A stretch of DNA of 38,456 bases from IMG/VR virus record IMGVR_UViG_3300012942_000084, positions 1 to 38,456 of that record, one strand, 5' to 3'. The first letter of the stretch is position 1; every line of letters starts with the position of its first letter. Source of the stretch: a virus (Duplodnaviria; Caudoviricetes). Below, one piece after another: positions 9,045 to 18,703 of this stretch. Made by a program: the position numbers and the translations under genes. A model generated the notes under the pieces. It was given only the letters and a program-made list of their open reading frames with translations, was not told the DNA's origin and made no database searches.

Positions 9045-9311
9045 TTACTCGCCGGAGCCGTCGTCGTCACCGGCGTCGCCGCCGGTGCCTTCGTCGGTGC
9101 CCTGGTCCGCAGCCGCCTTCTTGGCCGAGCCGCGGCCCCGCTTTGCCGCGGCCGGCTTCGGCTGCCCGACGAGGCCGGAGTCGCGCAGCTGCTTGACGTG
9201 GTCCTTGTCGACCCAGTCCGGCAGATCCGCACCCCGGTGCAGGTAGTGCTGCACACCCTCGGCGTCAGTGACCACGATCAGCGGCCCGGTCACCTTCAGT
9301 GCGGCGGCCAT
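9045..9311 (-). CDS. Small capsid-associated protein
   Basis: TGATG-coupled to capsid; G..LP.......L...GLV motif plus low-complexity tail. Confidence 0.75.
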   Translation of the reverse strand: MAAALKVTGPLIVVTDAEGVQHYLHRGADLPDWVDKDHVKQLRDSGLVGQPKPAAAKRGRGSAKKAAADQGTDEGTGGDAGDDDGSGE

Positions 9312-10249
9312 CAGTTGCTCACCCCGGTGACCTTGCACGCCGCGCCCGAGTCGGTGACGACCGGGACACAGACCCGACGTGCCCGAACCCGGTAGCGGTC
9401 CGCGACGTCCTCCCGGATCGACTTGACCTGCACCGGTGCGGTGCCGGTGCCGGACGCTGACACGTAGCCGGGGCCGCCGAGCTCCTCGTCAGCCATGCCG
9501 CCGAGCTGCTCGCTGTCGAGGACGAGCACGGTGGAGGCCAAGGCGTTCGGTGTGGCCAGCCAGACCTTGCCGTCGATCGTCGGGAACTGACCGGTCAGAA
9601 CCGGGTTGTTCGCGACGGACTCCTTCGGCAGGAAACCGGCCTTGACGAACGCGATGAACGCGTACGTCCAGGTCAGGTCGTCCAGCACCACCGTGTCCGG
9701 GGTGTATCCCTCGTTGAGGGCCTTCACCTTGGTCTCGGCGAGCTTGACGTCCTTCAGCATCGCGTCGGCGGTCGCCGCGGACCAGACACCGGCAGCAGCC
9801 TGCGTCTGGGTGACGGCGGAGCTGATCACCGACATGGCCACGCCGTCGACCGTCTTGACGTTCTGGTTGGCCAGACGCGTCAAGGCGCGGTCGACGGGGT
9901 TGCGCAGCTGCCGGGCGATCGCCTCGTCGCTGACGATCGAGTCCTGACCCCACTTGTCCACCTTCGCCAGCGACAAGGTGCCGCCGTTCATGGTGATGAT
10001 CGGGTACTCGCTGCCTGGAGTGACGACCTCGGCGTCCTCGCCGGTGAACAGCGACTCGCCGGTGTCGTACAACACCGCGCCGCCCTGCGCGATGAACCGC
10101 TGCTTCAGCAGGGCGTCCGCAATGAAACGCTGCTGCAGCAGTGTCCGCAGTCGCCGCGCCAGCAGCGTCGGCGACTTCATGAACTGGTGGATCGTGACAG
10201 CATCAGCGTTCACGGTCGGCCCGGGGGCCGGATAGGTGTAACCGGTCAT
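9311..10249 (-). CDS. Major capsid protein
   Basis: 312 aa; EVVTPGSEYP, KVDKWG and C-terminal VPVVTD.GAACKVTG motifs; GGAGGA RBS. Confidence 0.92.
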   Translation of the reverse strand: MTGYTYPAPGPTVNADAVTIHQFMKSPTLLARRLRTLLQQRFIADALLKQRFIAQGGAVLYDTGESLFTGEDAEVVTPGSEYPIITMNGGTLSLAKVDKWGQDSIVSDEAIARQLRNPVDRALTRLANQNVKTVDGVAMSVISSAVTQTQAAAGVWSAATADAMLKDVKLAETKVKALNEGYTPDTVVLDDLTWTYAFIAFVKAGFLPKESVANNPVLTGQFPTIDGKVWLATPNALASTVLVLDSEQLGGMADEELGGPGYVSASGTGTAPVQVKSIREDVADRYRVRARRVCVPVVTDSGAACKVTGVSN

Positions 10250-10269
10250 GACTTTCCTCCTCCGGCCTC

Positions 10270-10635
10270 TCAGATGGACTTCACGGTGACGGGATCTCCG
10301 TCAGCCGCAGCGGCCAGGGCGACCCCGACCACGGTGCCGGCCGCCGGGGTGGCGCCAGCCGTCTTGACCTTGCCGCCGGTGTCAGCGACGAGCAGGTCGC
10401 CGGCGGCGACAGCGCCCGATGCGGTCGGGTGCTGAATGCCGCCGGAAAAGACGGTCACGTAGTCGCCGCTAGAGACGTCATAGCCGGCGTAACCGACCCA
10501 CTTTGCCGAGGCGGCGGCCGCGGGCTTGACGGTCTCGTCTCCGGAAACCTCGAGCAGTTGACCGCCCGTGATGTCCGCGGACGCGGCCAAGGTGATCGCC
10601 GCACCAGGGGTGTACTTCGGCAGGTAGTCGCCCAT
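10270..10635 (-). CDS. Capsid decoration/cement protein
   Basis: Ala/Gly-rich 121 aa with ASGAVAAGD and VGVALAAAADG; between protease and capsid. Confidence 0.85.
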   Translation of the reverse strand: MGDYLPKYTPGAAITLAASADITGGQLLEVSGDETVKPAAAASAKWVGYAGYDVSSGDYVTVFSGGIQHPTASGAVAAGDLLVADTGGKVKTAGATPAAGTVVGVALAAAADGDPVTVKSI

Positions 10636-10636
10636 C

Positions 10637-11926
10637 TCAGTTCTCCTCCTCGCCATACATCGCGGCGTAGACGGGGTCGTCGTCGCCGGCGCCGGACGGG
10701 GACGAGTGACCCCGCTCGGTGACGTTGACCAGGCCCGGTGCGAGCGATGCCAGGAGCGCCTCGTTGCCTTCCGGGTCGGCCTCGAGCGCAGTCAGCCAGT
10801 GGTCGCGCCGGGCACGCGGGATCCGGCCGTCACTGATCGCGGCTGTCACCAGCTGAGCGCGGTGCTCGGAGACCTGCTGGTCCCGGGCCTCGCGGCCGGC
10901 GGCCGCGTTGTCGAGCAGCTGCTGATACTGCTGCTCTTCCAGCAGGACCATGCCCTCGGGCGGTCCTGTCTGCGCCTGCGGGGCGGGTGCATCGGCACGC
11001 TCCTCCAAGCACTCTGCGAGCGCCGCCAGGATCGTGTCGGCATCGGCGTCGACGGGGACACCGACCCTCTGCCGCAGGGTCGTGAGCTGCTCATCGCTGA
11101 AGTCCACGATGGTGCTCCCTTCCTGTGTGTCCCCGGACGATCCGGGGGTTGGTGAACCTGGCCCGGTCGGGTCAGGCAGATCAGGGCGCCCGTGCGTGGC
11201 GATCGCAGCGACCTGCAGGTGGGTGCGGTCGCCGGTCAGGACGGGCGGGGCGGGCGCGTTCGTGCGGCCCTGGTGGGCGAACATCGAAAGGTCCCAACGG
11301 TTCTGGGCCTTCGCCGTCGCTGTGTCGGTGCTGCTGGTGTCTTCGGCGACCCGGTCGGCGAGGCCGGCCGCGACCGCCTCCTCGGCGTCATACCAAGACT
11401 CGGCGAGCATCGCTTCACGCCACTCGGCGACAGTGCCGCCGCGGCGGGCATACAGTGCCGCGATCGAGGCGGAGATGTGGTCGAGCTCGTCGCCCATCTG
11501 CCGCATGTCCGCGGCGTTGCCCCAGCACAAGCCCGACGCGTCGTGGATCATCAGCTGCGCACCCGGGTGCATCACGATCTCATCGCCCGCCATCGCGATC
11601 ACCGATGCGATCGACGCGGCCAGGCCGTCGACGTGGACCTCAATCCGGGCCGAGTGCTGCTGCAGCGCGTTCTTTATCGCGATGCCGTCGAACACGTCGC
11701 CGCCCGGCGAGTTCAGGTGCAGCTCGATCGTCGATGCCGTGACGTCCTTCAGCTCCTCGACGACCATGCCGGCGGAGATGCCCCACCAGTCGCTGATCGG
11801 CTCGTATATCCACATCTGGTGCACGTCACCGGACGCTTGAGCCCGAGGACGCGCACGATCGCCGGCGCCGGTGCTGAGGGCCTGCAGCCGGGCGCGGGTG
11901 GCCTCATGGATGCTGCTGCGTGTCAT
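10637..11926 (-). CDS. ClpP-type head maturation protease with C-terminal scaffold
   Basis: LNSPGGDVFDG, GLAASIAS, MIHDAS and ESWYDAEEAV motifs; ATGA-coupled to portal. Confidence 0.93.
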   Translation of the reverse strand: MTRSSIHEATRARLQALSTGAGDRARPRAQASGDVHQMWIYEPISDWWGISAGMVVEELKDVTASTIELHLNSPGGDVFDGIAIKNALQQHSARIEVHVDGLAASIASVIAMAGDEIVMHPGAQLMIHDASGLCWGNAADMRQMGDELDHISASIAALYARRGGTVAEWREAMLAESWYDAEEAVAAGLADRVAEDTSSTDTATAKAQNRWDLSMFAHQGRTNAPAPPVLTGDRTHLQVAAIATHGRPDLPDPTGPGSPTPGSSGDTQEGSTIVDFSDEQLTTLRQRVGVPVDADADTILAALAECLEERADAPAPQAQTGPPEGMVLLEEQQYQQLLDNAAAGREARDQQVSEHRAQLVTAAISDGRIPRARRDHWLTALEADPEGNEALLASLAPGLVNVTERGHSSPSGAGDDDPVYAAMYGEEEN

Positions 11927-13200
11927 GGCGTGGGTGCTCCTTCGCTGGCCGCGGGTGCGGACGTTTTGGCGCCACCGGCAGCCGGCAGCTGGTAGGTCGA
12001 CCGGACGAACCGCTCGAGCGCCTCGTCCGGGGTGAGCACGCCGGCGTTGACCAGGAGCTGCAGCGCCTGCGCGGTCGCCTGCTGGTTGGATCCGATCGGC
12101 GAGCACACGACCCGCGGGGCGGGCACCGACTCACCGAAGTTGATGTCGACCAGGTCCTCGACGACGTGCTGGGTGATGGTGTTCGCGATCTCGTCGGCCA
12201 CCGCCTGCAACGACAGGGTGAAGAAGTCGGCGAACGTCGACCCAAGCGCCCACGACCCGGTCTGAGTGCCCAGGTTCAGGAAGTGCGCGAGGACCGCCCG
12301 CGCCATCTGCTCGTCGTGATACCGGATCGGAGTGTCCGCGTCCGGGAGCTGCCCGTCGACGCCGTGCGCGCCCAATTTCGCGCCGTGCGGTATCGCTGCT
12401 CCGGCCATCGAGCCCGACCGCCACTCCTCGGCCCGCTTCTGACCCGCGGTGAGGTCCTGCTCGCCCTCGGCGCCCTCGTAGACCGGGATACCCATGCCGT
12501 TCCGGTCGACCGTTTCGACCTGGACGCGCAACAGGATGTCCTTCAACATCCAGTTCTTGTATGCCGGTCGAAGCATCGACATACCAAGCCAATTCGAGCC
12601 CTCCCGCTCATTCACGTACGCCACCAGCGCCGACACCGGGATCGGGTCGTTAGGTGCATCACCGGCCGGGTACTGCTGGATCGACACCAGCCCACCGTCC
12701 GCGGCGACTTTTATCTCCTCGATCGTGCGCGGCAGCCGCGGCCCGAGCTTGCGCAGCCACGCGTGACCGGTCTGCTCGTCGATCCGGTAGAGCTGCTCGA
12801 AGAACATGTGCCCGAAGTCCAGCGACAGCAACGCAAGTCGCAGGTGCTCGGCGAACGAGAACCGCCCCTTCGTGCGCACCGGCGGCGGAGTCTGATCCTG
12901 ACCCTTCACCGGCAGGCCCAGGTTCGCAGCGATGAAGTCGGTGACCTCCTGGTCGACGCCAGTAGCGTCAATCAGCCACTCCGCACGACGAATCGGCAGC
13001 TTCACCGCCCGCAACACCGACACGATCTGCGATTCCTCGCGACGCATCCGGTCGAACACCCGAATCGACCGCGGCCACCGGAGCTCCGGTGCGTCCTCGA
13101 TCTCGTCGTCCGTGATCTGACCGAACCACGTCATCAACGACGCGTGTCCGCGCTCCCTTGTGTTCGCCGATAGGGGCGCCGGCGGGGTGTTGGTGGCCAA
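11923..13200 (-). CDS. Portal protein (DUF935/Mu gp29-like)
   Basis: 425 aa after TerL; G.S.LRPAYK.W, GMGIP, GSWALG and INFG motifs. Confidence 0.9.
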   Translation of the reverse strand: MATNTPPAPLSANTRERGHASLMTWFGQITDDEIEDAPELRWPRSIRVFDRMRREESQIVSVLRAVKLPIRRAEWLIDATGVDQEVTDFIAANLGLPVKGQDQTPPPVRTKGRFSFAEHLRLALLSLDFGHMFFEQLYRIDEQTGHAWLRKLGPRLPRTIEEIKVAADGGLVSIQQYPAGDAPNDPIPVSALVAYVNEREGSNWLGMSMLRPAYKNWMLKDILLRVQVETVDRNGMGIPVYEGAEGEQDLTAGQKRAEEWRSGSMAGAAIPHGAKLGAHGVDGQLPDADTPIRYHDEQMARAVLAHFLNLGTQTGSWALGSTFADFFTLSLQAVADEIANTITQHVVEDLVDINFGESVPAPRVVCSPIGSNQQATAQALQLLVNAGVLTPDEALERFVRSTYQLPAAGGAKTSAPAASEGAPTP

Positions 13201-13216
13201 CGTCAGCTCCCTTCAC

Positions 13217-14824
13217 TCAGAAATGCATGCCCCGGACGTCCGTGCGGCCCAGGCCACGGCCGTCCGTCCTGGTGACCGTCATCGGTGACGGCGGCGCGGC
13301 CGGCTGCCGGCCGAGCAACTGCAGCCCGTAGCCGGCGAACACCGCGGAGATGAACGGGGATGAGTCGACGTCCCCGGTCTGCCGCGAGAGGACCTGCCTG
13401 TCGCCCACCCGCCGCACCTTCGCGGCCGCGAGCGCCACCGTGAGCACAACCTGGCCCGGGTGGTGCAGCGGCGGCCGCCACAACGCCGCAGCGGCCTTCG
13501 CTGCACCGTCCTGGTCGTTCTCCGGTTCGGGTCGCGGCTCGTTGCCGACGGTCAGCACCCACGCGCACGCTTCGGCCACCTCGTCAGGGGTCAGCACCCG
13601 GAACCTGATCCCCATCGCTTCCATGTCCGGGATGAGCCAGGCGACCGGCCCACGCGGGTCGACCACGACGTCCGGGACGGTGTCCATCGACGCCTGCAGC
13701 GCCGCCAGCTGGTCCGGGAGCCAACGGTTGCCGCGTTCGTGCGCCAACGTCTCGATGTGCACGGTGCCGTCCGAGCGGAAGCCGGAGCAACTGATCGACG
13801 CCCGCGACTGGTCGCGCATGCCGTCAATCGCCAGGAGCGCGGACCCGACGATTTTGGAGTTGGGGTCCTCGAGCTCACCTGTCCAGTGCGATGACGGGAT
13901 CAGCCACCGCTCGGTCTCGGGCTTCGGGTAGTTCCCGACGCCGCAGTACTCGCGGGCGAAGTAGTCGAGCCGGTACCGCCACTTGCGGTATGCCGAGGCC
14001 ATGTTCGCCGGCGGCATCCGCCACCCGTATGCCGGGTTCGACTTCGCCCACGTCGCCGGGTCGCCGAGATCGTCATCCTCATCGGCGCCCCACGCCATCA
14101 AGGTCAAGCCGATCCGGTCCGGGGAGTCGACCGGCGTCTGTGTGGCACGGTGCACCAGGTCGCCCTGCACCACCGATGACGAGCCTCCAGCGGATCCGGC
14201 ATACCAGACCTGCGGGTTGTCCATCATCTGCAGCGTCGGCAGCAGCGCCGACAGGTGCGCGTACTGCGCCGCCTGGGACTCGTCGATGAATACCAGGTCA
14301 CCGTCGAGTCCGCGGCCGCCGTCCGGCACGCGGGTCTTGAAGCTGATCCGCTGCCCCGTCTTGAGGGTGATCGACTCATCACCGTTCTTGGTGCTGATGC
14401 CCTGGTTACGAGTGCGTGCCAACTGGGCCTTCAGCTGTGGCGTTTCCCAGATGAGGCGCCGCATCAGCTTGAACGCCTCCATGGCGGCGTCATACCGGTG
14501 CGCGGTCCACACGATCCGCTGCTCGCCGAGCAGGAACAGCCCGGCCAGGGCCCGGGCGGCGAGGACGACTGACTTGCCGTTGCGGCGCGACACGATCAGC
14601 GCGACGTCGGGAGAGGCCCAGTCACCGAGGGAGTCGACTCCCATGCCCTCGCGCAACGCGTGCTGTTGCCACGGCATCAGGTGCAGTCCGGCGTCCGCCG
14701 CGAGCGCGATCGCGGCGTCACCCTCGGACCACACGTGCTGCTGCAGCAGTTGCTGTGTCGGTTCCTGGCTGCCGCGAAGGTCACCCAGTGCCGTCGCCGA
14801 GGGCCTTTCGTCGAGCTTCGTCAC
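13217..14824 (-). CDS. terL: Terminase large subunit
   Basis: Walker A SRRNGKS, Walker B LVFIDE, W.KSNPA, F.REY; GTG 14824 with GGAGG RBS. Confidence 0.95.
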   Translation of the reverse strand: MTKLDERPSATALGDLRGSQEPTQQLLQQHVWSEGDAAIALAADAGLHLMPWQQHALREGMGVDSLGDWASPDVALIVSRRNGKSVVLAARALAGLFLLGEQRIVWTAHRYDAAMEAFKLMRRLIWETPQLKAQLARTRNQGISTKNGDESITLKTGQRISFKTRVPDGGRGLDGDLVFIDESQAAQYAHLSALLPTLQMMDNPQVWYAGSAGGSSSVVQGDLVHRATQTPVDSPDRIGLTLMAWGADEDDDLGDPATWAKSNPAYGWRMPPANMASAYRKWRYRLDYFAREYCGVGNYPKPETERWLIPSSHWTGELEDPNSKIVGSALLAIDGMRDQSRASISCSGFRSDGTVHIETLAHERGNRWLPDQLAALQASMDTVPDVVVDPRGPVAWLIPDMEAMGIRFRVLTPDEVAEACAWVLTVGNEPRPEPENDQDGAAKAAAALWRPPLHHPGQVVLTVALAAAKVRRVGDRQVLSRQTGDVDSSPFISAVFAGYGLQLLGRQPAAPPSPMTVTRTDGRGLGRTDVRGMHF

Positions 14825-15263
14825 GTTCCCTCCGTCGCTGCTCGAGCAGGTCACGCTGCACGACCGTCGACGCGCTGTCGCCGTCCTCCGACGCCTCGGG
14901 TGGGGCGTCCATCAACGTCGCCGGTGCGAGCGCCAAGCCGAGCAGGTAAGCGCGCAGACGGATGTACTGCCGAACCTCACGGGAAGCATCGACCTCGCCC
15001 TTCATCGCCCGCGGCCACCACACCGTCAGGAGCCGGTCGATCCGATCGACCTCCTGCTCGCGGGCCTTCTCGCGGTCGAGCTCGGGGCCGCCCGTCGCCG
15101 CGAGCGCACGATCGAAGGCCTTCTTCGCGGCGCCACGGTTCGACAACCCGACAGTGCGAGCGATCGCGTCGAACGTGGCGCCGGCGCGACGCAGCTCCAG
15201 GACCCGTGCGTCGCGGGCGGCGCGCTCCTGCGCCCGGGTCGGGACATCACCGCCGGCGTTCAC
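14781..15263 (-). CDS. terS: Terminase small subunit (N-terminal HTH)
   Basis: VLELRRAGATFDAIARTVG HTH; directly upstream of and overlapping terL. Confidence 0.8.
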   Translation of the reverse strand: MNAGGDVPTRAQERAARDARVLELRRAGATFDAIARTVGLSNRGAAKKAFDRALAATGGPELDREKAREQEVDRIDRLLTVWWPRAMKGEVDASREVRQYIRLRAYLLGLALAPATLMDAPPEASEDGDSASTVVQRDLLEQRRRERDEARRKALGDGTG

Positions 15264-15328
15264 GGCAACCCACCTCTCGAGCTGGGCTGCGTACTGCGAA
15301 ACCGGCTCGTGAGGCCCCCCCCGCTTTC

Positions 15329-16603
15329 TCAGAACTCAACGGGATCACCGTCCCGGGTCGGGAAGCGTCCGGTGTGCTGCTGCCAGCGTCGGCAGATCAC
15401 GTCGACGTACCGCTCGTCGAGCTCCATCAACAGGGAGCGCCGGCCGGAACCGTATGCCGCGATCAGGGCCGAGCCTGACCCGCCGCACATGTCGAGGACC
15501 GTGTCACCGGGGCGAGTCGCGTTCTCGATGCCCCGGCGTACCAGGTCGACCGGCTTCATAGTCGGGTGCAGTTTCGACGCGGTCGGGCGCGGCACCTCCC
15601 ACACCGTGTCCTGCCGGCGCCCGCCCTCCCATGTGTGCCCGGCACCGTCAGCCCACCCGTACAGCAGAGTGGCGTGCGCGTCGTCATACAACGGTGGCTC
15701 GACCGGGTCAGCACCGTTTGCCCACCCGTGCAGAATCGTCTCGTGCCGCTGGTGGTAGTCCTGCCGGCCCAGGACGAACCGATCCTTCACCCAGACCAGC
15801 TGCTGTCGCAGGCGGAGGCCGGCGGTGTCGAGCGCGAGCCGAAACACGGTCTCCAACTCCCCAGACGGGGAGCAGACGTAGAACACGCCGCCCGGGCGGA
15901 GCACGCGCGCCGCCTGCTCGAAGATCTCCTCGAGCAGGATCCGCAGGCGGTCGACGGGCAGATCGTCGTTGACGATCGTCAGGTGCTCCTTCGTGCCGCC
16001 GACATACGAGACGCCATACGGCGGGTCCGTCCACACGACATCGACCACGGCGCCGCCGACCAGGACGTCGACGTCCTTCGCGGAGGTCGAGTCGCCACAC
16101 ATGACACGGTGCTCGCCCAGCACGAACACATCGCCACGGCGGGCGATCGGGTCGCCCTCGGCGAGCGCCGGCGCATCGTCCGGGTCGGTCAACGCCGGCC
16201 GGTCCTGGACCGACGCGAGCAGCTCGGCGAGCGCCGCGTCGTCGTACCCGGTGCCCTCGAGCTCCGGGAGTGACGACAGCAGGTCCGCGAGCGCCTGGTC
16301 GTCGTACCCGGCAAGGTCGTTCGCGCGGTTGTCGATCAGAACGATGCGGGCCGCGGTGTTGTCGTCGACGTCGACCCACGTGACCGCGATCTCCGGCCAG
16401 CCGAGTGTGCGCGCAGCCGCCAGCGTGTGATTGCCGGCGAGCACCTGGTGGTTGCGCCGGTTCGCGACGATCGGCCGATACTGGCCGTGATGGCGCAGCG
16501 AGTCCGCGATCAGAGTCACGTCGCCGCGGCGCGGGTTACCCGGGAACGGCCTAAGGTCCTCGAGCGGCACCATCGCCGACCCGTCCACGATCACCGCTTC
16601 CAT
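15329..16603 (-). CDS. ParB/Srx domain fused to N6A/N4C DNA methyltransferase (beta class)
   Basis: NPRRG...VLAGNH ParB-like N-terminus; DPPY motif IV precedes HPTMKP and DMCGGSGS motif I. Confidence 0.93.
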   Translation of the reverse strand: MEAVIVDGSAMVPLEDLRPFPGNPRRGDVTLIADSLRHHGQYRPIVANRRNHQVLAGNHTLAAARTLGWPEIAVTWVDVDDNTAARIVLIDNRANDLAGYDDQALADLLSSLPELEGTGYDDAALAELLASVQDRPALTDPDDAPALAEGDPIARRGDVFVLGEHRVMCGDSTSAKDVDVLVGGAVVDVVWTDPPYGVSYVGGTKEHLTIVNDDLPVDRLRILLEEIFEQAARVLRPGGVFYVCSPSGELETVFRLALDTAGLRLRQQLVWVKDRFVLGRQDYHQRHETILHGWANGADPVEPPLYDDAHATLLYGWADGAGHTWEGGRRQDTVWEVPRPTASKLHPTMKPVDLVRRGIENATRPGDTVLDMCGGSGSALIAAYGSGRRSLLMELDERYVDVICRRWQQHTGRFPTRDGDPVEF

Positions 16604-16857
16604 CGCGCCGCCTTCACCCGGAACGGTGCGAGCGCGTCACGCAGCTGAACGCCGCGGGTGCGGTTGCACGACCGGTGCACGATCCGGTCACCACCCGACC
16701 GGCCACCCGACAGCGCCGCCGGCGTCGTGTGATCCAGCTCGAGCAGGTCACCCGCACGCATCATCAGCCCGCACAACGGGCACCGAGTGTTGATCGCGGC
16801 CGGCAGCAACTCCTTGCGGGTCCGGCGGTGCTCTGCGCCATACGCTGAACGAGCCAC
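16591..16857 (-). CDS. HNH endonuclease (packaging-associated)
   Basis: CPLCG...LDH...HRSCN; near terminase. Confidence 0.88.
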   Translation of the reverse strand: MARSAYGAEHRRTRKELLPAAINTRCPLCGLMMRAGDLLELDHTTPAALSGGRSGGDRIVHRSCNRTRGVQLRDALAPFRVKAARWKR

Positions 16858-17143
16858 GCGAGCACCTCCGCCGAATCTTCAACGTTCGCAACGCGATCCG
16901 TGCGCCGAATCCTCAAGGGTTGCAACAGATTCGCGAGCGCCGCCCGATCACCGATCGGGCGGCGTCGCTGGACCGGGCGAGTGATGACCGGCCCCCTTTT
17001 TTAGCTTGTTTCCGGGGAGAGGAGACGCGACAGATCTGCTCGCTGGCATCGCGAGCGCTGGATTTTTTGGCGACCGACGAGCACGAAACATCAATGAACG
17101 CAAGGGTATTCGCATCATCGCTCATCACGAGCGCGCAGCGACG

Positions 17144-17293
17144 TCAACGACGCTCGCGCGGTGCAGTGTCGACGAGCCTGGTCGCTGCCACCTCGACCAC
17201 CAGACCACACTCAGCGCAGTAGGCAGTGAACTTCACCGTCGAACGAGAGCGCGCGGCTCGAAGCACTGCAACCCTCGGCGTGCTCGACACCAT
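17144..17293 (-). CDS. Possible small Cys-containing protein (49 aa)
   Basis: ATG 17293, YCAECG motif; weak support. Confidence 0.3.
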   Translation of the reverse strand: MVSSTPRVAVLRAARSRSTVKFTAYCAECGLVVEVAATRLVDTAPRERR

Positions 17294-17334
17294 CGAGCCG
17301 CGGCAACCGAGCCGGCATACGATCCTCCGCCCCA

Positions 17335-17374
17335 CACGAAAGCCCCGAGCATCACAGTGATGATCGGGGCTCGT
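17335..17374 (-). terminator. Intrinsic terminator-like hairpin at early/late boundary
   Basis: Minus strand AGCCCCGATCATCAC-T-GTGATGCTCGGGGCT followed by TTCGTGT. Confidence 0.6.
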
Positions 17375-17418
17375 GGACATACCTCGTCCGCTGGCATTCA
17401 CTGTATCCCGAACCCGGA

Positions 17419-17757
17419 TCAGTCCACCAATCCCACTGAGCCACCGGGCGTGTCGCCCCATGCCGGATCGAAGTCCGGGTGGTCGGAGTAGATCGCGGCG
17501 AGGGCGCGCAGCTCATCGCACTCGTCGTCCTCGACCATCGCGTCCTGGCACAGGTGCCTGCCGTCGAGGTGATCGAACAGGTGGTGCTGGATGATGGCTC
17601 GCTTGGCCTCGCACTCGGCCAACACACGGGACGGCTGCACCCACAGATAGCCGTAATTGTCGTTGGCGTACGCGGCCCGGTCGGGGTGCGATCGGCCACG
17701 CTCGGCAGCTTGCTCGTCATCGGCGATGCGGGCCAGCAGGAACTCGACGATCGTCAT
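17419..17757 (-). CDS. DUF6221-like protein
   Basis: MTIVEFLLARIADDE...RVLAECEAKRAI...LRALAAIYSDHPDFDPAW; GAGGA RBS. Confidence 0.85.
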   Translation of the reverse strand: MTIVEFLLARIADDEQAAERGRSHPDRAAYANDNYGYLWVQPSRVLAECEAKRAIIQHHLFDHLDGRHLCQDAMVEDDECDELRALAAIYSDHPDFDPAWGDTPGGSVGLVD

Positions 17758-17771
17758 ACGAACATCCTCAC

Positions 17772-18404
17772 TCATCGAGGCCGCGGGTTGGCGCGGCGTG
17801 GACCGAACTGGCTGAGCTGCGCGTCGACGCCGGCACGAGAGTCGCGAAGCGCGGTGCCGCGACCGGCATCCGCCGTAAGACGAACGGGCCGAAGCGGCGG
17901 GAGCGCATCCTGCGGCCAACACCCGTGCGGGGCCAGCTCGGCAGCGAGTCGGGTGTCGAGAGCCCATCCTTCCGCAGCATCAGGCAGCGCGGTCGGCAGG
18001 TGACGGATCAGCCCCCCAAGGTGGTCGTGACTTCGATCCCAGGACGCTGTCTCGTCGACGATGAAGTAGTCCGCCGAGTAACCATCGCGGCACCTATCCC
18101 AGCGCTCCGACTCGATGAATGGTCGGTGAAGCTCCATGGCAACTGCAGTGCGGGCAACACTCGCGGCGAAGGCATGGATCGCATCCAGCGCAAGCCTGAA
18201 CGAACCACCGAGTTCCGCCCACTCGATGGCATCAAGGACGAGCCGATCGTGACGGACGAAGTGGTCGTTGCCGTAGTACTCGCCACCCGTGTCGTGCTCG
18301 TGCGACCCGTCCGCCGACCAGCTCGCGGCGTCATACGAGCCTTCCCAGTCGTCGATCACGTCGTCGCACTCGGCAAGGAACGCGTCGAGGTCGTCACGGG
18401 TCAT
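17772..18404 (-). CDS. Hypothetical acidic protein
   Basis: ATGA-coupled start with AAAGGA RBS; 210 aa. Confidence 0.65.
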   Translation of the reverse strand: MTRDDLDAFLAECDDVIDDWEGSYDAASWSADGSHEHDTGGEYYGNDHFVRHDRLVLDAIEWAELGGSFRLALDAIHAFAASVARTAVAMELHRPFIESERWDRCRDGYSADYFIVDETASWDRSHDHLGGLIRHLPTALPDAAEGWALDTRLAAELAPHGCWPQDALPPLRPVRLTADAGRGTALRDSRAGVDAQLSQFGPRRANPRPR

Positions 18405-18703
18405 CGGCGACGTCCTTTCGACTTGGGTGGCTGCGGCTTCGGTGCGCTGTCCGGGATGGTGACCCGGGTCCATGCCCGCTGCTCTCGATCGATCCTGGCA
18501 CGTTCCTTGGCCAGTGCACGAGCGGCGACCGTCTCAGCATGCCGGCGAGTGCCGACCGCGACGCGCGGCGAGTAGGTCAGTCGGTTGATGTGGATCTCTA
18601 TGTCCCACGTGAAGAGGCCGCGGCGGCGAAGCTGGGCCTGCGGGTAATCGGTCATGGACGCCAGCTGAGGCGGGCGTCGACGAGGCGGCTTGTAGTAATT
18701 CAT
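18401..18703 (-). CDS. Hypothetical basic protein (100 aa)
   Basis: TAATG coupling, GGAGGA RBS. Confidence 0.65.
   Translation of the reverse strand: MNYYKPPRRRPPQLASMTDYPQAQLRRRGLFTWDIEIHINRLTYSPRVAVGTRRHAETVAARALAKERARIDREQRAWTRVTIPDSAPKPQPPKSKGRRR

Noticed and set aside
13983-15758. 591-aa plus-strand ORF, and other long plus-strand ORFs such as 1570-2949, 2939-4291, 11920-13173 and 24551-25753
   Set aside because: Antisense shadows of well-supported minus-strand genes in high-GC DNA; no motifs or RBS.
15329-16857. Restriction-modification pair (MTase plus HNH)
   Set aside because: The 88-aa HNH is the small terminase-associated type, and ParB-MTases beside terminase genes are common orphans.
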